This document shows, piece by piece, positions 1 to 12,979 of a stretch of DNA of 64,000 bases. This DNA is from Malacoraja senta. Lineage: Eukaryota. The translations under genes and the position numbers were made by a program. Every line of letters starts with the position of its first letter. Position 1 is the first letter of the stretch. The DNA is taken from the NCBI GenBank assembly GCA_038087875.1, contig JAXLNO010000146.1, positions 372,001 to 436,000 on the forward strand, given 5' to 3'. Below the pieces are notes generated by a model. It was not told the DNA's origin. It made no database searches and saw nothing but the letters and a program-made list of their open reading frames with translations.

Positions 1-1318
1 AGAGCAAAGCCACCCGCTCTTTGGATAATCGTCAGCTGACCAACGAATTGAATGAATTTTACTGCAGGTTTGAAAATCAGAAACGTAACCCTGGTACCCC
101 CTCCCCAACAAACACAACCAGACCCCAGTCTGCAAAGAATGGACCCTGCACCCTCTCCTTCCCATTCACCACTTCACACCCACATAAGGCAAGACTCCAG
201 TATGAAAAGACTGGACCCTTTCCCACCCCAACCAACACTTCACACCCACTCACAGCCTGACCTCAGTCTGCAAAGACTGGACCCTTCTACACCCACCCCA
301 CTCCAATCACGACTTCACACCCAATTACCCACTCCCTCCTTGCTGAACAACATCACTTCATCAACAATAAAAATAGAGGAGGTGAAGAGGCTTTTCAGAA
401 GACAGAAAAGCCGGAAATCTCACAGACATTTTTTACCAGTCCTTGCAAACATGTACTGTCCCTGCCTGTTTCAAAGTCCCCACTATTGTCCCTGTACCCA
501 AAAAGGCAAGGATTACTTGTCTTAATGACTACAGGCCTGTCGCACTGACCTCTGTAGTCATGAAGACACTCGAAAGGCTTGTGCTGGCCAAGCTGAAAAA
601 TATCACAATCCCCCTGCAGTTTGCATATTGGCCCAATAGATCTGTGGATGACGCAGTCAATCTGGGCCTGCACTTCATCCACCAGCACCTAGAACGCCAG
701 GGGACCTTTGCGAGGATTGTATTTGTTGATATTAGATCTGCATTGTGCCAGAGCTACTACACTCCAAACTTTCCGAGTTGACTGTGCCTGAACCCCTCTG
801 TCGGTGGATCACCAACTTTCTGACAGACAGGAAGCAGCATGTGAGGCTGGGAAAGCACATATCGGACACGCAAACGCTCAGCGTAGGAGCACCGCAAGGC
901 TGCGTACTCCCCCCTCTCCTCTACTCTCTCTACACCAATGACTGCATCTCCACAGACACCGCTGTCAAGCTTATCAAGTTTGCGGACGACACAACCCTGA
1001 TTGGACTGATCCAGGATGGGGTGGAACCTGCCTACAGACAGGAAGTGTCACAGCTGGCGTCCTAGTGCCGTAGCAACAACATGGAGCTCAATGCTCTTAA
1101 GACAGTGGAATTGATTGCAGACTTTAGGAGAGCTCCCCCTCCCCTCGCCCCAACTCACCCTCGACAACACCACAGTCACATCTGTGGAGTCTTTTAAGTT
1201 TCTGGGAACCATCATCTCCAATGACCTTAAGTGGGGGGCTACCTTTGACTCCACAGTCAAAAAGGCACAACAGAGGATGTTCTTCCTACGGCAGCTGAGG
1301 AAGCACAATCTGCCACAA
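1..1318 (+). mobile_element. Rex1/Babar-type LINE reverse transcriptase fragment, degenerate
   Basis: Frame-broken ORFs 443-1363 contain [56 protein letters not shown] and FKFLGTIIS. Confidence 0.85.
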
Positions 1319-1349
1319 TGGGTCAGGCAGCATCTCTGGAGAACATGGA

Positions 1350-2160
1350 TAGTCATAGAGTGACACAGTGTGGAAACAGGCCCTTTGGCCCATCTTGCCC
1401 ACACCGGCTAACAATGTCCCAACTACACTAATTCCACTTGCCTGCGTTTGGTCATATCCCTCCAAACCTGTCCTATCCATGTACCTGCCTAACTGTTTCT
1501 TAAACGATGGGATAGTCCCAACCTCAACTACCTCCTCTGGCAGCTCGTTCCACACACCCACCACCCTTTGTGTGAAAAGGTTACCCTTCGGATTCCTATT
1601 AAATCTTTACCCCTTTACCTTGAACCTATGTTCTCTGGTCCTCGATGCCCCTATTCTGGGCAAAAGACTGTGCATTTACCCGAACTATTCCTCTAATGAT
1701 TTTGTACACCTCTATAAGATTTCCCCTCATCCTCCTGCGCTCCATGGAATAGAGTCCCAACTTACTCAAACTCTCCCGATAGCCCACACCCTCTAGTCCT
1801 GGTAACATCCTCATAAATCGTCTCCGTACTCCTTCCAGTTTGACATCTTCCCTATAACATGGTGCCCAGAACTGAACACGATATTCTAAATGCGGTCTCA
1901 CGAACGTCTTATACAACTGCAACATGATCTCCCAACCTCTTTACTCAATACTCTGACTGATGAAGGCCAAAGTGCCAAAATACTTTTTGACCACCTGATG
2001 TACCTGCGACTCGACCTTCAAGGAACCATGCAACCATCAACCATTCCTCTGCCCACCTGGCTAATTGATCCAGATCCTGCTGCAATCTTTCACAACCACA
2101 TCCACTATCTGCAAAACCACTCACTTCTGTATCATCAGCAAACTTGTTAATCTTGCACTG
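1350..2160 (-). mobile_element. CR1 LINE 3' fragment
   Basis: LYKTFVRPHLEYRVQFWAP and KFADDT motifs, plus the CR1 3' segment VVGVWNELPEEVVE. Confidence 0.8.
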
Positions 2161-2204
2161 TTCTGTGATGTTTCGCAGAGTGCTGGAGCAACTCAGCGGG
2201 TCAG

Positions 2205-3112
2205 GCTGAGTATAGAAGTTGGAGGTCATGTTGCATTTGGATAAGAAGTTGGTGAGGCCGCATTCAGAGTATTGTGTTCAGTTCTGGGCACCATGTTATA
2301 GGAATTATGTAATCAAACTGGAAAGGGTACAGTGAAGATTTACGAGGATGTTGCATGGACTAGAGGGCCAGAGCTATAGGGAGAGGATGAGTAGGCTGGG
2401 ACTCTATTTCATGGAGCACAGGAGGATGAGGGATGATCTAATAGAGGTGTATAAAATCATTATTTAAATAGATCAGGTCCGGGCCATACACTCATCTTCC
2501 CACTACCTTCAGGTAGAAGGTACAGGAGCCTGAAGACTGCAACGACCAGGTTCAGGAACAGCTCCTTCCCCACAGCCATCAGGCTATTAATCTCGGCACG
2601 GACAAAACTCTGAACATTAATAGCCAATAATCTGTTTATTTGCACTTTATCAATTTAATTATTCATGTGTGTATATATTTATGCAATTGTATATGGACAC
2701 ACTGATCTGTTCAGTATTCGTGCCTACTATGTTCTGGTGTGCTAAAGCAAAGCAAGCATTTCATTGTCCTATCAGGGACACATGACAATAAAACTCTCTT
2801 GAACTCTCTTGAGTCTTTTGCCCAGAGTAGGCGAATCGAGGAGCAGAGGATATAAGTTTAAGATGAAGGGGAAAAGATTTAATAGGAATCTGAGGGGTAT
2901 ATTTTTCACACAAAGGGTGGTAGGTGTATGGAACAAGCTGCCAGATGAGGTAATTGAGGCAGGGACAACCGCAACATTTAAGAAACAGTTAGGCAGGTGC
3001 ATGGATAAGACAGGTTTGGAGGGATATGGATCAAACGTGGGCAGGTGGGACTAGTGTAGATGGGACATGCTGGGCCGAAGGGCCTGTTTCCACACTGTAT
3101 CACTCTATGACT
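2205..3112 (+). mobile_element. CR1 LINE 3' fragment interrupted by a Rex-type 3' tail at about 2460-2812
   Basis: Encodes FFTQRVVGVWNKLP and ends gggccgaagggcctgtttcc...ctctatgact. The inserted piece ends in aataaa followed by (ctctcttga) repeats. Confidence 0.75.
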
Positions 3113-3544
3113 ATATATCTTTCCCTCTCAAACCCATTCTCCTGCCCTCCCCATTACCTCTGACACCCGTATCAATCACGAATCTATCAATCTCCTTCTG
3201 AAAAATGTCCACTTGCCTCCACAGCTGTCTGTGGCAATGAATTCCACAGTTCACCACCCTCTGCTCATATCCTTCCTAAAGGAACGTCTTTTAATTCTGA
3301 GGCTGTGGCCACTGGTCCTAGACTCTCCCACTCGTGGAAACATCCTCTCCACATCCACTCCATCCAGGCTTTTACCAGGCTGGGACATACTGCAACAGCT
3401 TCACACCATGTCCCAAAGCTCGTGTCCTGTCCTGCATCACCCAAGGCAGCAGAGACGTTGTAGGGAAGGGCAAGCACCGTCACAAAGTAGTTCTCGATGG
3501 TTTGGGTGACATGCAGGAATGTCTATGCATGTCACATCATGCAT

Positions 3545-3700
3545 ATTACTGAAGAAGGGGCTTGACTCGAAATATAATCTCTACCTTTTCTCCAGAGATG
3601 CTGCCTGACCCACTGAGTTACTCCAGCACTCCGTGAAACGTCACCTATCCATGTTCTCCACAGATTCTGCCTGACCCATTGAGTTACTCCAGCACTTCGT
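3545..3700 (+). repeat. Penelope-derived terminal repeat remnants
   Basis: ctgaagaagggg...cgaaa followed by two copies of gctgcctgaccc..tgagttactccagca, as at 26280-26400 and 42790-42900. Confidence 0.6.
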
Positions 3701-3849
3701 GTCTATTTTCCCTTCATCCATCTGCCCAAGCCCACTCTCCCCCTCCTTTCCTATGTTCCTTTCCACCCATAAACCTCTCTCTGCCTTTACATTTCACTCC
3801 TCTTTCAAATCTGCTCTACTTATCTACATGCATTTTTCTTCTTAACTTT

Positions 3850-4100
3850 TTAGTCATAGAGTGGTGCAGTGTGGAAACAGGCCCTTCAGCCTAACTTGCC
3901 CACACCGACCAACATGTCCCATCTACACTAGACCCACTCACACGCGTTTGGCCCATATCCATCTAAACCTGTCCTATCCATGTACGTGTCAAAATGTCTC
4001 TTAAATATTAGGATAGTCCCAGCCTTAACTACCTCCTCTGGCAGCTCGTTCCATACACCCACCACCCTTTGTGTGAAAAAGCTACCTCTCAGATTCCTGT
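3850..4100 (-). mobile_element. CR1 3' tail fragment
   Basis: Near copy of 1350-1600; encodes FFTQRVVGVWNELPEEVV. Confidence 0.75.
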
Positions 4101-4997
4101 AAATTTCTGAAATATTGGTCATAGATTTGCTGTAAAAAAGCTCCAAAATAAGGTTCAGGATGCATCAGAGAGCATCTAAAACCCCTGAGCTTCCTGGGCC
4201 CTTAAGCGGGCCCTGGACCCTGGCATCGAGGGACTTCACGCTTCGCGCTCGTGATGTGCGCAGCGCGCACATTATTTTACATTAATTATTTTGTAATCCT
4301 GTCATGCCACCCCCCATTTTGTAAAGCTTCGTACGGGCCTGTTTACACAACCTATTCTTTGTTTCATACTAGTTTAGAAGTCGCAGGTTGTTAAACTATA
4401 CAATTGCCACCTTCATTCAGATAGTAAGGTGAAGATCAAGTAACAAATGTGCTGATCTGAACTGGAAACAGTAAATGCTGGAGAACCATTATCTGTGGGA
4501 CGAGCAACAGTCAACGTTCCGGTGGAGAAATATAAAAGGTTTTAGCTTCCACGTTTTTCTTTTATTCCATCACAGTAATTTGCACTTTCCTTTCCGGCAA
4601 CTGTGCAAAGATTTAATGATGTTGTAGCAGGGTAACAAAAGTTTATTTACCTATTATGGATCATATCAAGGTATGGAGTGCACTTAGAAGTCATTGAATG
4701 AATAAGGATTATAATGGTCAAAAGAGGAGATTGTTTAGCCAGAACGCGGTGCATATTTGAAAGTCTTTGCCACAAATGGCTGTAGAGGTCAGAACACATG
4801 GTACTTTATAAACCGATAACTGATACAAATGCCCTTGATCAGTAAGGACGTCCAAAGCTACCGAGAGAATGAAGGAGAATGCGGTTGAGAAGGAAAGAAA
4901 ATTCGCCATGATCGACTGGCAGAGTCGACGGGTCGAACAACTTAATTGTGCTCCAATGTCTGAAAGTCTTATGGTCCAGGGAGCGTTACATCTGAAG

Positions 4998-5925
4998 CAA
5001 TTACCAATTACCAATTACCAAGCACTTTATTTGTCCCCGAGGGGCAATTTAAATAAACAATACATTTAATCTGCACCGACCGGTCGACCGCATGAGCAGC
5101 GACCCGGCAATGGATTGGGTTGTCAGCAGCGATACAATAAAAAAGAACAACACAAAAGGTAACACAAACATCCACCACAGCATTCATCACTGTGGTGGAA
5201 GGCACAAAAATTTGGCCAGTCCTCCTCCATTTCCCCCCCGTGGACAGGACCAGAGTCCAAGTCAGTCCAGGATCGGCTCTTCCTCACCGGAGACCGCGGC
5301 TTTAGATTGTTATGGGCCGCAGGCCGGCGGTCAAGATTTAAGGTTCCCTGCCGCAGCCAGAAGCACCATAGACTGCAGGGCCGGCGGTCGAAGCTCCCCT
5401 CCAGGGGTGATGGTAAGTCCATGCCGGCCCCGCGGTAGAAGTTGGCCGCGGGCCGGCAATGATGGCTTCTTCTTTCTTCCCCCGGGTCCCCCAAGAGGGA
5501 TCCCGGGCTGTAGACGCCGCACCAGCTGGAGCTTTGCAGACCGCGGCTTCAGGCTGCGACTTCAGGCTGCCGGCTGCCCCGGGCCAGCGAAACGGAGCGC
5601 TCCCCTCCAGCGAGCCCCAGCGAGGGTTCACCCGCTCCACGCCGAGAGTCCACGCTGCGCCCGGCCGCTGAAGCCCGGGCACGTCTCCGGGAAAGGCCGC
5701 GCCGATCCTTGATGTTAGGCCACGGGGGAGGCGACCTGGAAAAAGTCGCCTCTCCATGGAGGAGGCGACCGAAGCGGTTTCCCCCTTACCCCCCCACACC
5801 ACCCCCCACACAAGACACACAAAGAAACATTAATTACACATTTTAAAACATACTAAAAATAAAAAATAAAGTTGAAAAAACTGACGCACTGCTGACATGG
5901 CTGCTGCCAGAGCAGCGCCCCCTAC
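4998..5925 (-). mobile_element. GC-rich non-autonomous retroelement (SINE-like) with a Rex/Babar-like tail
   Basis: Minus strand ends tgcccctcggggacaaataaagt followed by (ggtaatt)n. The core is shared with 22240-23480 and 53739-54580. Confidence 0.65.
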
Positions 5926-6970
5926 AGATCTCATCGGGTATAGTCAGCATGTAATTGTGCGTGGGAACACTTCACAAATATTGCGGCATTTAATAATATG
6001 GATGAAGGCAGTGAACAATGCCTAAATGAATTTTATTCAGGCATGTGTCAAGATCTCACAATGTAGAGCAGGCCAGTAGTCTAATTCACAGGGAGATCAG
6101 TGCAACGTTGTCATTTTTGTGATAAGGCCCCGGGGTGGTGGTGGAAGATTTATTATCTCATTGGAAAATATGCGACCACCGGTGGACTTTAGATCGGTGA
6201 TGGATCTTTGCTTTTTTTCATAAAATTGCTAATTCGGTGCGTATGTTGGATATATGATTAGCGAGTTTGAGGATGACTGGAAAAACATGGATGTTGTGGA
6301 CCGCGAGGAAAATTAACTGAGCCTGCAGCTGAATATCGAACAGATAGAAACCTTGACGGAACATTGCACGTGAATTTTATCCCGAGATGTGAGAAGTGAG
6401 GAATTTTGCGAAAGCAAATACTTGTGGGTAAAGAAGGCAAATGCATTGCGGCAAGGGATGCCGAGAAATGGGAAAACCGGGACGAACTGATACAGTTATA
6501 TGAAATTATAAGAGGCACGTGCAGAATTGAAAGGCAAAAAGAAGAGGAACTGTGTTTTAGGTTGGATGATATCGTTGTTAAAAGCTTCCATCAGCTCAAT
6601 GGGAAGGAACATCATTTAAATATTCAGTTACCCTTGGCGTCCGTCAGGCCACAAAACTTTATTTTTAAATTCCGTCTGTCTTTAATTCCGCCCGGTTTAT
6701 AATAAACCATATTATACTGACTTGAACGATTTTCTGTTTCTGATGGTAGACAATGGACTTCAAACTAAGTTGTCGTCATAAATGGGATGAGTAAATGGAA
6801 ACAAATATACTATTTCAATGACCGTACATTATATTTCAAAAATATCACTTTGGTTTAGTATTGGTTCATGGTAACTAAATAGGGAAACAAAATCCCAAGA
6901 AATTGTGGAAAGGGATACCACGACAAATCCTATTACATGTTACAGATATATATGTGTGCCTCGCAAATTA

Positions 6971-7917
6971 TCACTTGATTACATATTTGGATAAAGTTAG
7001 TTTTGTGTTCAAACTTTTGAATATATTAGCAATGGCAAGAAAGGGACGTGAAATTACATTCTTCAGTTCCTCTCTGAAGTGTCTCTGAGAAACTGCATAA
7101 ATGAAAGTGTTTGTACAAGTACTCAAATACCTCAGCATATAGCCACTTCTTTCCGCAATGGTGAACGAGTCGATGTAATCTGTTTCCATAAATTGAGTAT
7201 CTGTAAACTGTACACAGATGAAGCACACAAGGTTTACCATCCATAAGAAAATAAAGTTGCCAGATATTGCAACGAGTAAAATGATCGATTTCCTTCTGTT
7301 CTCCGTCTCTTGATCAGTCTGACACGCCTCTCTATTACTCCCTCGGAGCTTGCTCCTGACTCTGTTGGCCATGATAATATGCTTTATGGTCAAGGTATTA
7401 AGCAGAAGAATGAACACAAATGGCGCAAATGGGGTTAAGAGTGTTCCTAACCATAAATACGCGACCCAGGTGGGTGATGTGTAGAAACTTGATTTTACAT
7501 AACAGGACCATGGTACATCATTAATAACTTCACGTGGTTCAAATATAAAGTCGGTTGGAATATTTTCTAAAATACTCAACATAAACACCGCTGATATTAC
7601 TTTCAATGCCGTCTTCATGGTACAATATTTTGAACGCAACGACTGGCAACATATAGCAACAAATCGATCGAATGTAAAAGTGACAGTCAGCCAGACGGAA
7701 CAATCGAGCGAAATATAAATCAGTGTGATAACAAAACTGCAAATGGGCGTGTAATTGAGGAATGAATGCGGAAAATATGCCTCTTTAATCTCATAGAGAA
7801 TTACATCGGAAACCAGTACCATTAGATCAGCCACCGCCATTGATTTCAGATACTGGATGACACATCTAGTGAGGCCGCACTTTCCAGACGACAGGATAAG
7901 GATTGCCACCAAATTTG
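6971..7917 (-). CDS. Class A orphan GPCR, GPR139/GPR142-like, coding exon 2
   Basis: Uninterrupted frame with NLVAILILSSGKCGL, MAVADL (TM2), FTFDRFVAICC (DRY-type motif), RRKSIILL (TM6) and CTNTFIY (NPxxY-type motif). Acceptor ttttggttgcag at 7918, stop TGA at 6971-6973. Confidence 0.92.
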
Positions 7918-8319
7918 CTGCAACCAAAAGATGAAAATTGAATTACGAACGAGAAATAACCCGCAAAATATATATTCATTTGTTTCAATTTGTCATGCGT
8001 GTACGAGTTTTTCTTGCCTGTAACACTTTGGAATAACAAGCTATATTGCACAGGTTTACGGTTGGACCCCTTTTAATTCTCAGACTTCTCATAAAGTGAA
8101 CACACGGTTGCGCTTTGTTGTTATCGCATCTCCGTGAAGGGACCAGCTATTGTTTTGGTGATATTAATCCCACATAACACGAAATGTTGATCACATATAG
8201 AGATGAGATGGGGCGGTGTTTGTCCTCTCCGCTTCCTTTAGTTCACACGCAACTGTGTCGCCGAGATGTTAACGGCTAGATAGTGTCCTGACTTAATGAC
8301 ACTATGTACCGGATTTCCT

Positions 8320-8580
8320 TCCTCTATTTCGTCTCATCATTCTTGTCGAAGTGCCCGTCAGCAGTGGCATCATCGGCATACATAAACACCGAGTTACCGT
8401 TGTACTTGGTCAAACACACATGGGTGTATTTGGAGTAGAGCATGGACTGAGCACACAGCTCCGAGCAGTAGCAGTATTGTGGGCTATCCTTGTGGAGACG
8501 GTAAAACCAATTCCACGTGATAGGAGCCTGCCTGGCCTGAAGTCCAAAGCCCATTTGCAGCTGGATACCCGTCGACCAAG
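8320..8580 (-). mobile_element. Old Rex/L2-type RT remnant in the GPCR intron
   Basis: Degenerate LYSKYTHVC...YADDAT motif. Confidence 0.5.
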
Positions 8581-10831
8581 GATGTTTAGAGATATAGTTA
8601 TTAATTTCAGATTTTATTTGTCACGTGTTTGGCACTCATGTTACCTTAGTTTATCTCGTGGAAACCGCGCCTCCCCACTGATAATCACACAGATTTAATT
8701 TTCGCAGCTTATCTGCAAATGTGACATTTAGAGCTCACAGCAGCATGTAGATTGTTGCCCCCCTCTGCATACACACTTCTCACATTCCTCATTCTATTCC
8801 TCTACTGTAATAAATTAGCAGGGACAATCGTTAACATTTCCATGGCAACCTGCTGTCCATTTATCTCCCCTTAGAGTACACGTACAAACATTCATTTCCG
8901 ATATGGCTGACCAAGCAGGCTGACGTCTGATATCCGCTACATAGGCTGTGCGGCGGATGCGATTCACACATGAATTCGGCACACATATCATGGACCCAGG
9001 TCCAGACTTTCGAAAAGCCAGACAACCTTTGATACTTAACATTTATCGCCAGTTTTATTTCGGTGGTGTCTTGACGCTTTGAAATTCAGTCAATCACAGA
9101 TGGCAGACCGTTGCTCCAGAGCCAACAAAAACCGGGCAACACAACTCAACGGCAGAGGCACAACCTGTCGCTAAGTTCACAGCTTCAACCGTCATGATCG
9201 GCTTTCAACACAAGTACATCCCGACCCGCTCTACTGACTGACAGGTTAGCATTCTCCTGCTAAAAATTTGCAGTTTGCATACCACTAAATGCGTGGGATC
9301 GTTGTCTATCCTGCAAGACGAATTCATTGGGAAACATAAATGTAAGACCCATGCGCTAGAGGTCTGCGTGCGCATCCCCGGAATAACCCTGTTGGCCGTG
9401 TGACAATACGTGTTGAAGGGCTCTAGGAAGAGGTTTAATTCCGGTTTGATAATCTCGAACACTCGCAAATATGTAACCATTTAAAGAAGCAACACGATGC
9501 AATGTCTCGAGCTGTGACTGCTGTAGGTCTGATGGGTTAAATGCGAACATACGACATCTCAGCTCAATAATGTCGAGGTACCGCATCTAATACACTTTTG
9601 GTGATCAGCAACATCATGAGTAAAGAGAGAGCGTGCTCTTGGAAGTGATTAGGCGTAGTCTCGACCCAAACTACTAAACCTGGAGAATGCCCTAATCTCC
9701 GCTACACAACCCATCGCAGTTTGCAGATGGATCCTCAACACTTTAATCACCGGCGATAAGAACAAAAATGTTAGCGATTAAATCTGGCTAAACAGTCTAA
9801 AAGCAACAGGTGACCCAAAACGTCATCCATTCCTTCTCTCCAGAGATGCTGCCTGTCCCGCTGAGTTACTCCAGCATTTTGTATCTAAAAGCAACACGTG
9901 TTTTACCTTTCTTCTGAATGTCTGCTGAATGTAAAAATTAAATCTTCCTGAAATGCAACGGCGAATTTTCTTTTTCCTGCTGTCAAATCTAGGTCAAATC
10001 AGGACCATTAGACAGTTTCACTTTGTGCAACTTGTATTTAAATGTTACAATGCTTTAAAAGAAACCACGTTGCTCAGCCTCAGTAAACCGTGAGCTAATT
10101 TAGCTGAGCATTCACAATGGAAATAAAAAGACGTGTGTTTTATGGAAACTCACCGACAGCATCCCTCGATTTGCATGTTTTATTTCGCGGTAAGTTATCA
10201 GACAGATGAGGCACCTGCGATCATAGCATGCGCACGGACTCGCACACATGACTGACATTCTTTAGCGAGAGTTACAGAATACAGAGAACAGTGTCCATCA
10301 AACCGTTGTTTTTTTTATTTCGGCCGTGAAGTCTAAAGTTAAAATCAGTTATGATCGATAATGCTCAGCAGCAAGCTGCCGTACGTTTACTTGTTCTTCG
10401 TATAATGAAGCTATGCAAAATCAACTGCATGGAATGAAAATAGAAAGAGCTTGAAACATCGCGTTTATATGCAGTCCCCTCTTTGGAAGCGTTGAATCGG
10501 CCATTGTTCAGGTGGACTGTGTATGAGGTGGAGAAGGAGGGCTGTTGTATCCAGTGGACTTGACTAATATAAAATATATAGAATATTATATTACTTATAA
10601 AACGTTTATATATAATTTTCCCGTCAGAGAAATTCAATCATTTTTCCACATGATTTTTAGATCCAGTACACAAGTAAGATCAGCACGATACTTTGTTTTT
10701 GACAGCACTTTGTTTGCAATAATAATTTCATAGAAATCTGTAATGTTTTCAGATATGTTTGCCATGATGTTCAATATCGTCTGTCAAGCACATCAACGTA
10801 CATCTGTAAAACCATTCTCTGGCTCACCTAC

Positions 10832-10901
10832 CTGGGACTCCAATGATTGCAAGAATAGGATAGTAAATACTCTCGGTCTTCAGGAGTGCAGGCTTGTTCA
10901 T
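10832..10901 (-). CDS. GPR139-like GPCR, coding exon 1 (MNKPALLKTESIYYPILAIIGVP)
   Basis: ATG at 10901, 70 nt long, followed by donor gtaggt. The phase-1 join with exon 2 gives GVP-A-NLV, completes TM1 and yields a 1017-nt CDS (338 aa). Confidence 0.88.
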
Positions 10902-11379
10902 ATTTCGTTGGAAGATGCCTTCCTAGTCAGTTCAATAGGCTCACGGATCTCCCGATTTCAAAGTTAGCTCGCACTTATACTTTACAGAAACCTCAAGGGT
11001 GGAATCAACACGCTATGAGATTGGTATTATTCAATCACGGTCACGTTAATTAGGTTGTTTGTTTCATGCCCTTCATCACTGTTAAAATGGTAGTCTGCAG
11101 AGACATGTTTCTGCTGTAGAAATCGTAAATACATCAAACATCGGTTATCAGCTTAAATATTTTTGTAAACGCTTTAATGCGGTTTCTTTTGAATTTTCTC
11201 CATTAGCTGCACCAATAAATTGCAATATGCACCCTCTCTTATGTTTTACAAGTATCATGTGCAATTAAAATCTGAGGAGATATCTATGATTATGCGAACA
11301 ATTAAAATACCGAGACTATGAATGAGTTTGAAGATGTGACAGAAATATTGCACAACACATAACAAAAAAGTGGCTGTTT

Positions 11380-12322
11380 AGGCAATAGACAATAGGTGCA
11401 TGAGTAGGCCATTCGACCCTTCGGGCCAGCAACGCCATTTAATGTGATCATGGCTGGTCATACACAATCAGTACCCCGTTCCTGCCTTCTCCCCATATCC
11501 CCTAACTCCGCTATCTTTAAGAACCCTATCTAGCTCTCTGTTGAAAGTATCCAGAAAACCGTCTTCCACAGACTCACAACTCTCTGTGTGAAATAATTGT
11601 TTCCTTATCTCCGTTCTAAACTGCTTACCCCTTATTCTTAAACAGTGCTCCCTGGTTCTGGAGTCCCCCAACATCGGGAATATGTTTCCTGCCTCTAGCG
11701 TGTCCAAACCCTTAATAATCTTATATGTTTCAATAAGATCCCCTCTCACCCTTCTAAATTCCAGAATATACAAGCCCAGCCGTTCCATTCTCTTAGCATA
11801 TGACAGTCCCACAACCCCGGGAATTAATCATGTGAACCTACGCTACACTCCCTCAATAGCAAGAATGTCGTTCCTCAAATTTGGAGATCAAAACTTCACA
11901 CAATACTCAGGTGTGATCTCACTAGGGGCCTGTACAACTGCAGAAGGACCTATCTGCTCCTATACTCGACTCCTCTTGTATGAAGGCCAACATGCCATTC
12001 GCATTCTTCACTGCCTGCAGCACCTGCATGCTTACTTTCATTGACTGATGAACAAGGATCCCCGGATCCCGTTGTACTTCCAGTTTTCACAATTTGACAC
12101 CATTTAGAGAATAATCTGCCTTCCTGTTTTGCCACCAAAGAAGGATAATTTATTTATCCAAATTAAACTGCATCTGCCATGCCATCTGCCCACTCAACCA
12201 ACCTGTCCAAGTCACCCTGCATTCTCATAGCATCCTCCTCACAGTTCACACTGCCACCCAGCTTTGTGTCATGTGCAAATTTGCTAATGTTACCTGTAAT
12301 CCATTAATCTGAATTAATAATA
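11380..12322 (-). mobile_element. CR1 LINE, 3' part (continues at 16396-18180)
   Basis: Encodes ERLGLYILEFRRVRGDLIETYKII. The sequence resumes after the Helitron at 16396. Confidence 0.85.
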
Positions 12323-12979
12323 TCTGTCATTATACTAAAAGTCTCATCTTGACCATTTCCTCTCTAAGTAGTTAATTGATTTTTAGAAAAAACGGTACCC
12401 TATATCGCTATGATTTTTGCCATCTTACTCACAGTCCTCCTCCGCTGCAGCAGCCCCAAAGATTTTTCCGATCGCTGAAAAATAAAAAAAAATGAATGTT
12501 TAAAAAATCGTGAGATTAGCTGATTGGTCCTCTCACCATGGTGAAGGCAACGCCCCTTCCGGGGGGTGCGGGAGTATTTAGCCCCGGATGCCGGACGTCA
12601 GTCACTCACTCTGGAAAATTGTGAGGGAGAGTCCCCAACTGTGATTCTAAGCTGTGATTCAACTGAACTGAGAGTCAGCAATGTATTGGCAATAAATAAT
12701 TTGTTAGCCCAAAGTGAAAATGCAATGAGTTGTTTGGCCTGCCCTGTGCTTGAAACTGCAATGGAAATGGAAATTAAATGAAAATGCAATGAGTAATTTA
12801 GCCAGCCCTGCGCTTGAAACTTCAATGGAAATGGAAATGGAAATGAAATGAAAATGCAATGACTTGTTTGACCTGCCCTGTGCTTTTGCTTTTGCTTTGC
12901 TTGACCTGAAATGAAAGTAAATGGATTGTATTGTTGGCTGTCCCCGCCTTCCCTGTGCTTTTGCTTTTGCTTTGCCTTT

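Noticed and set aside
5092..5820. Overlapping long GC-rich ORFs on both strands
   Set aside because: Stop-codon scarcity in a GC-rich repeat explains them; there are no domains and frames are not conserved between copies.
10140..10180. Alternative GPCR exon 1 at a gtgag donor near 10153
   Set aside because: It has no TM1-like coding sequence, whereas 10832-10901 fits phase and family motif.
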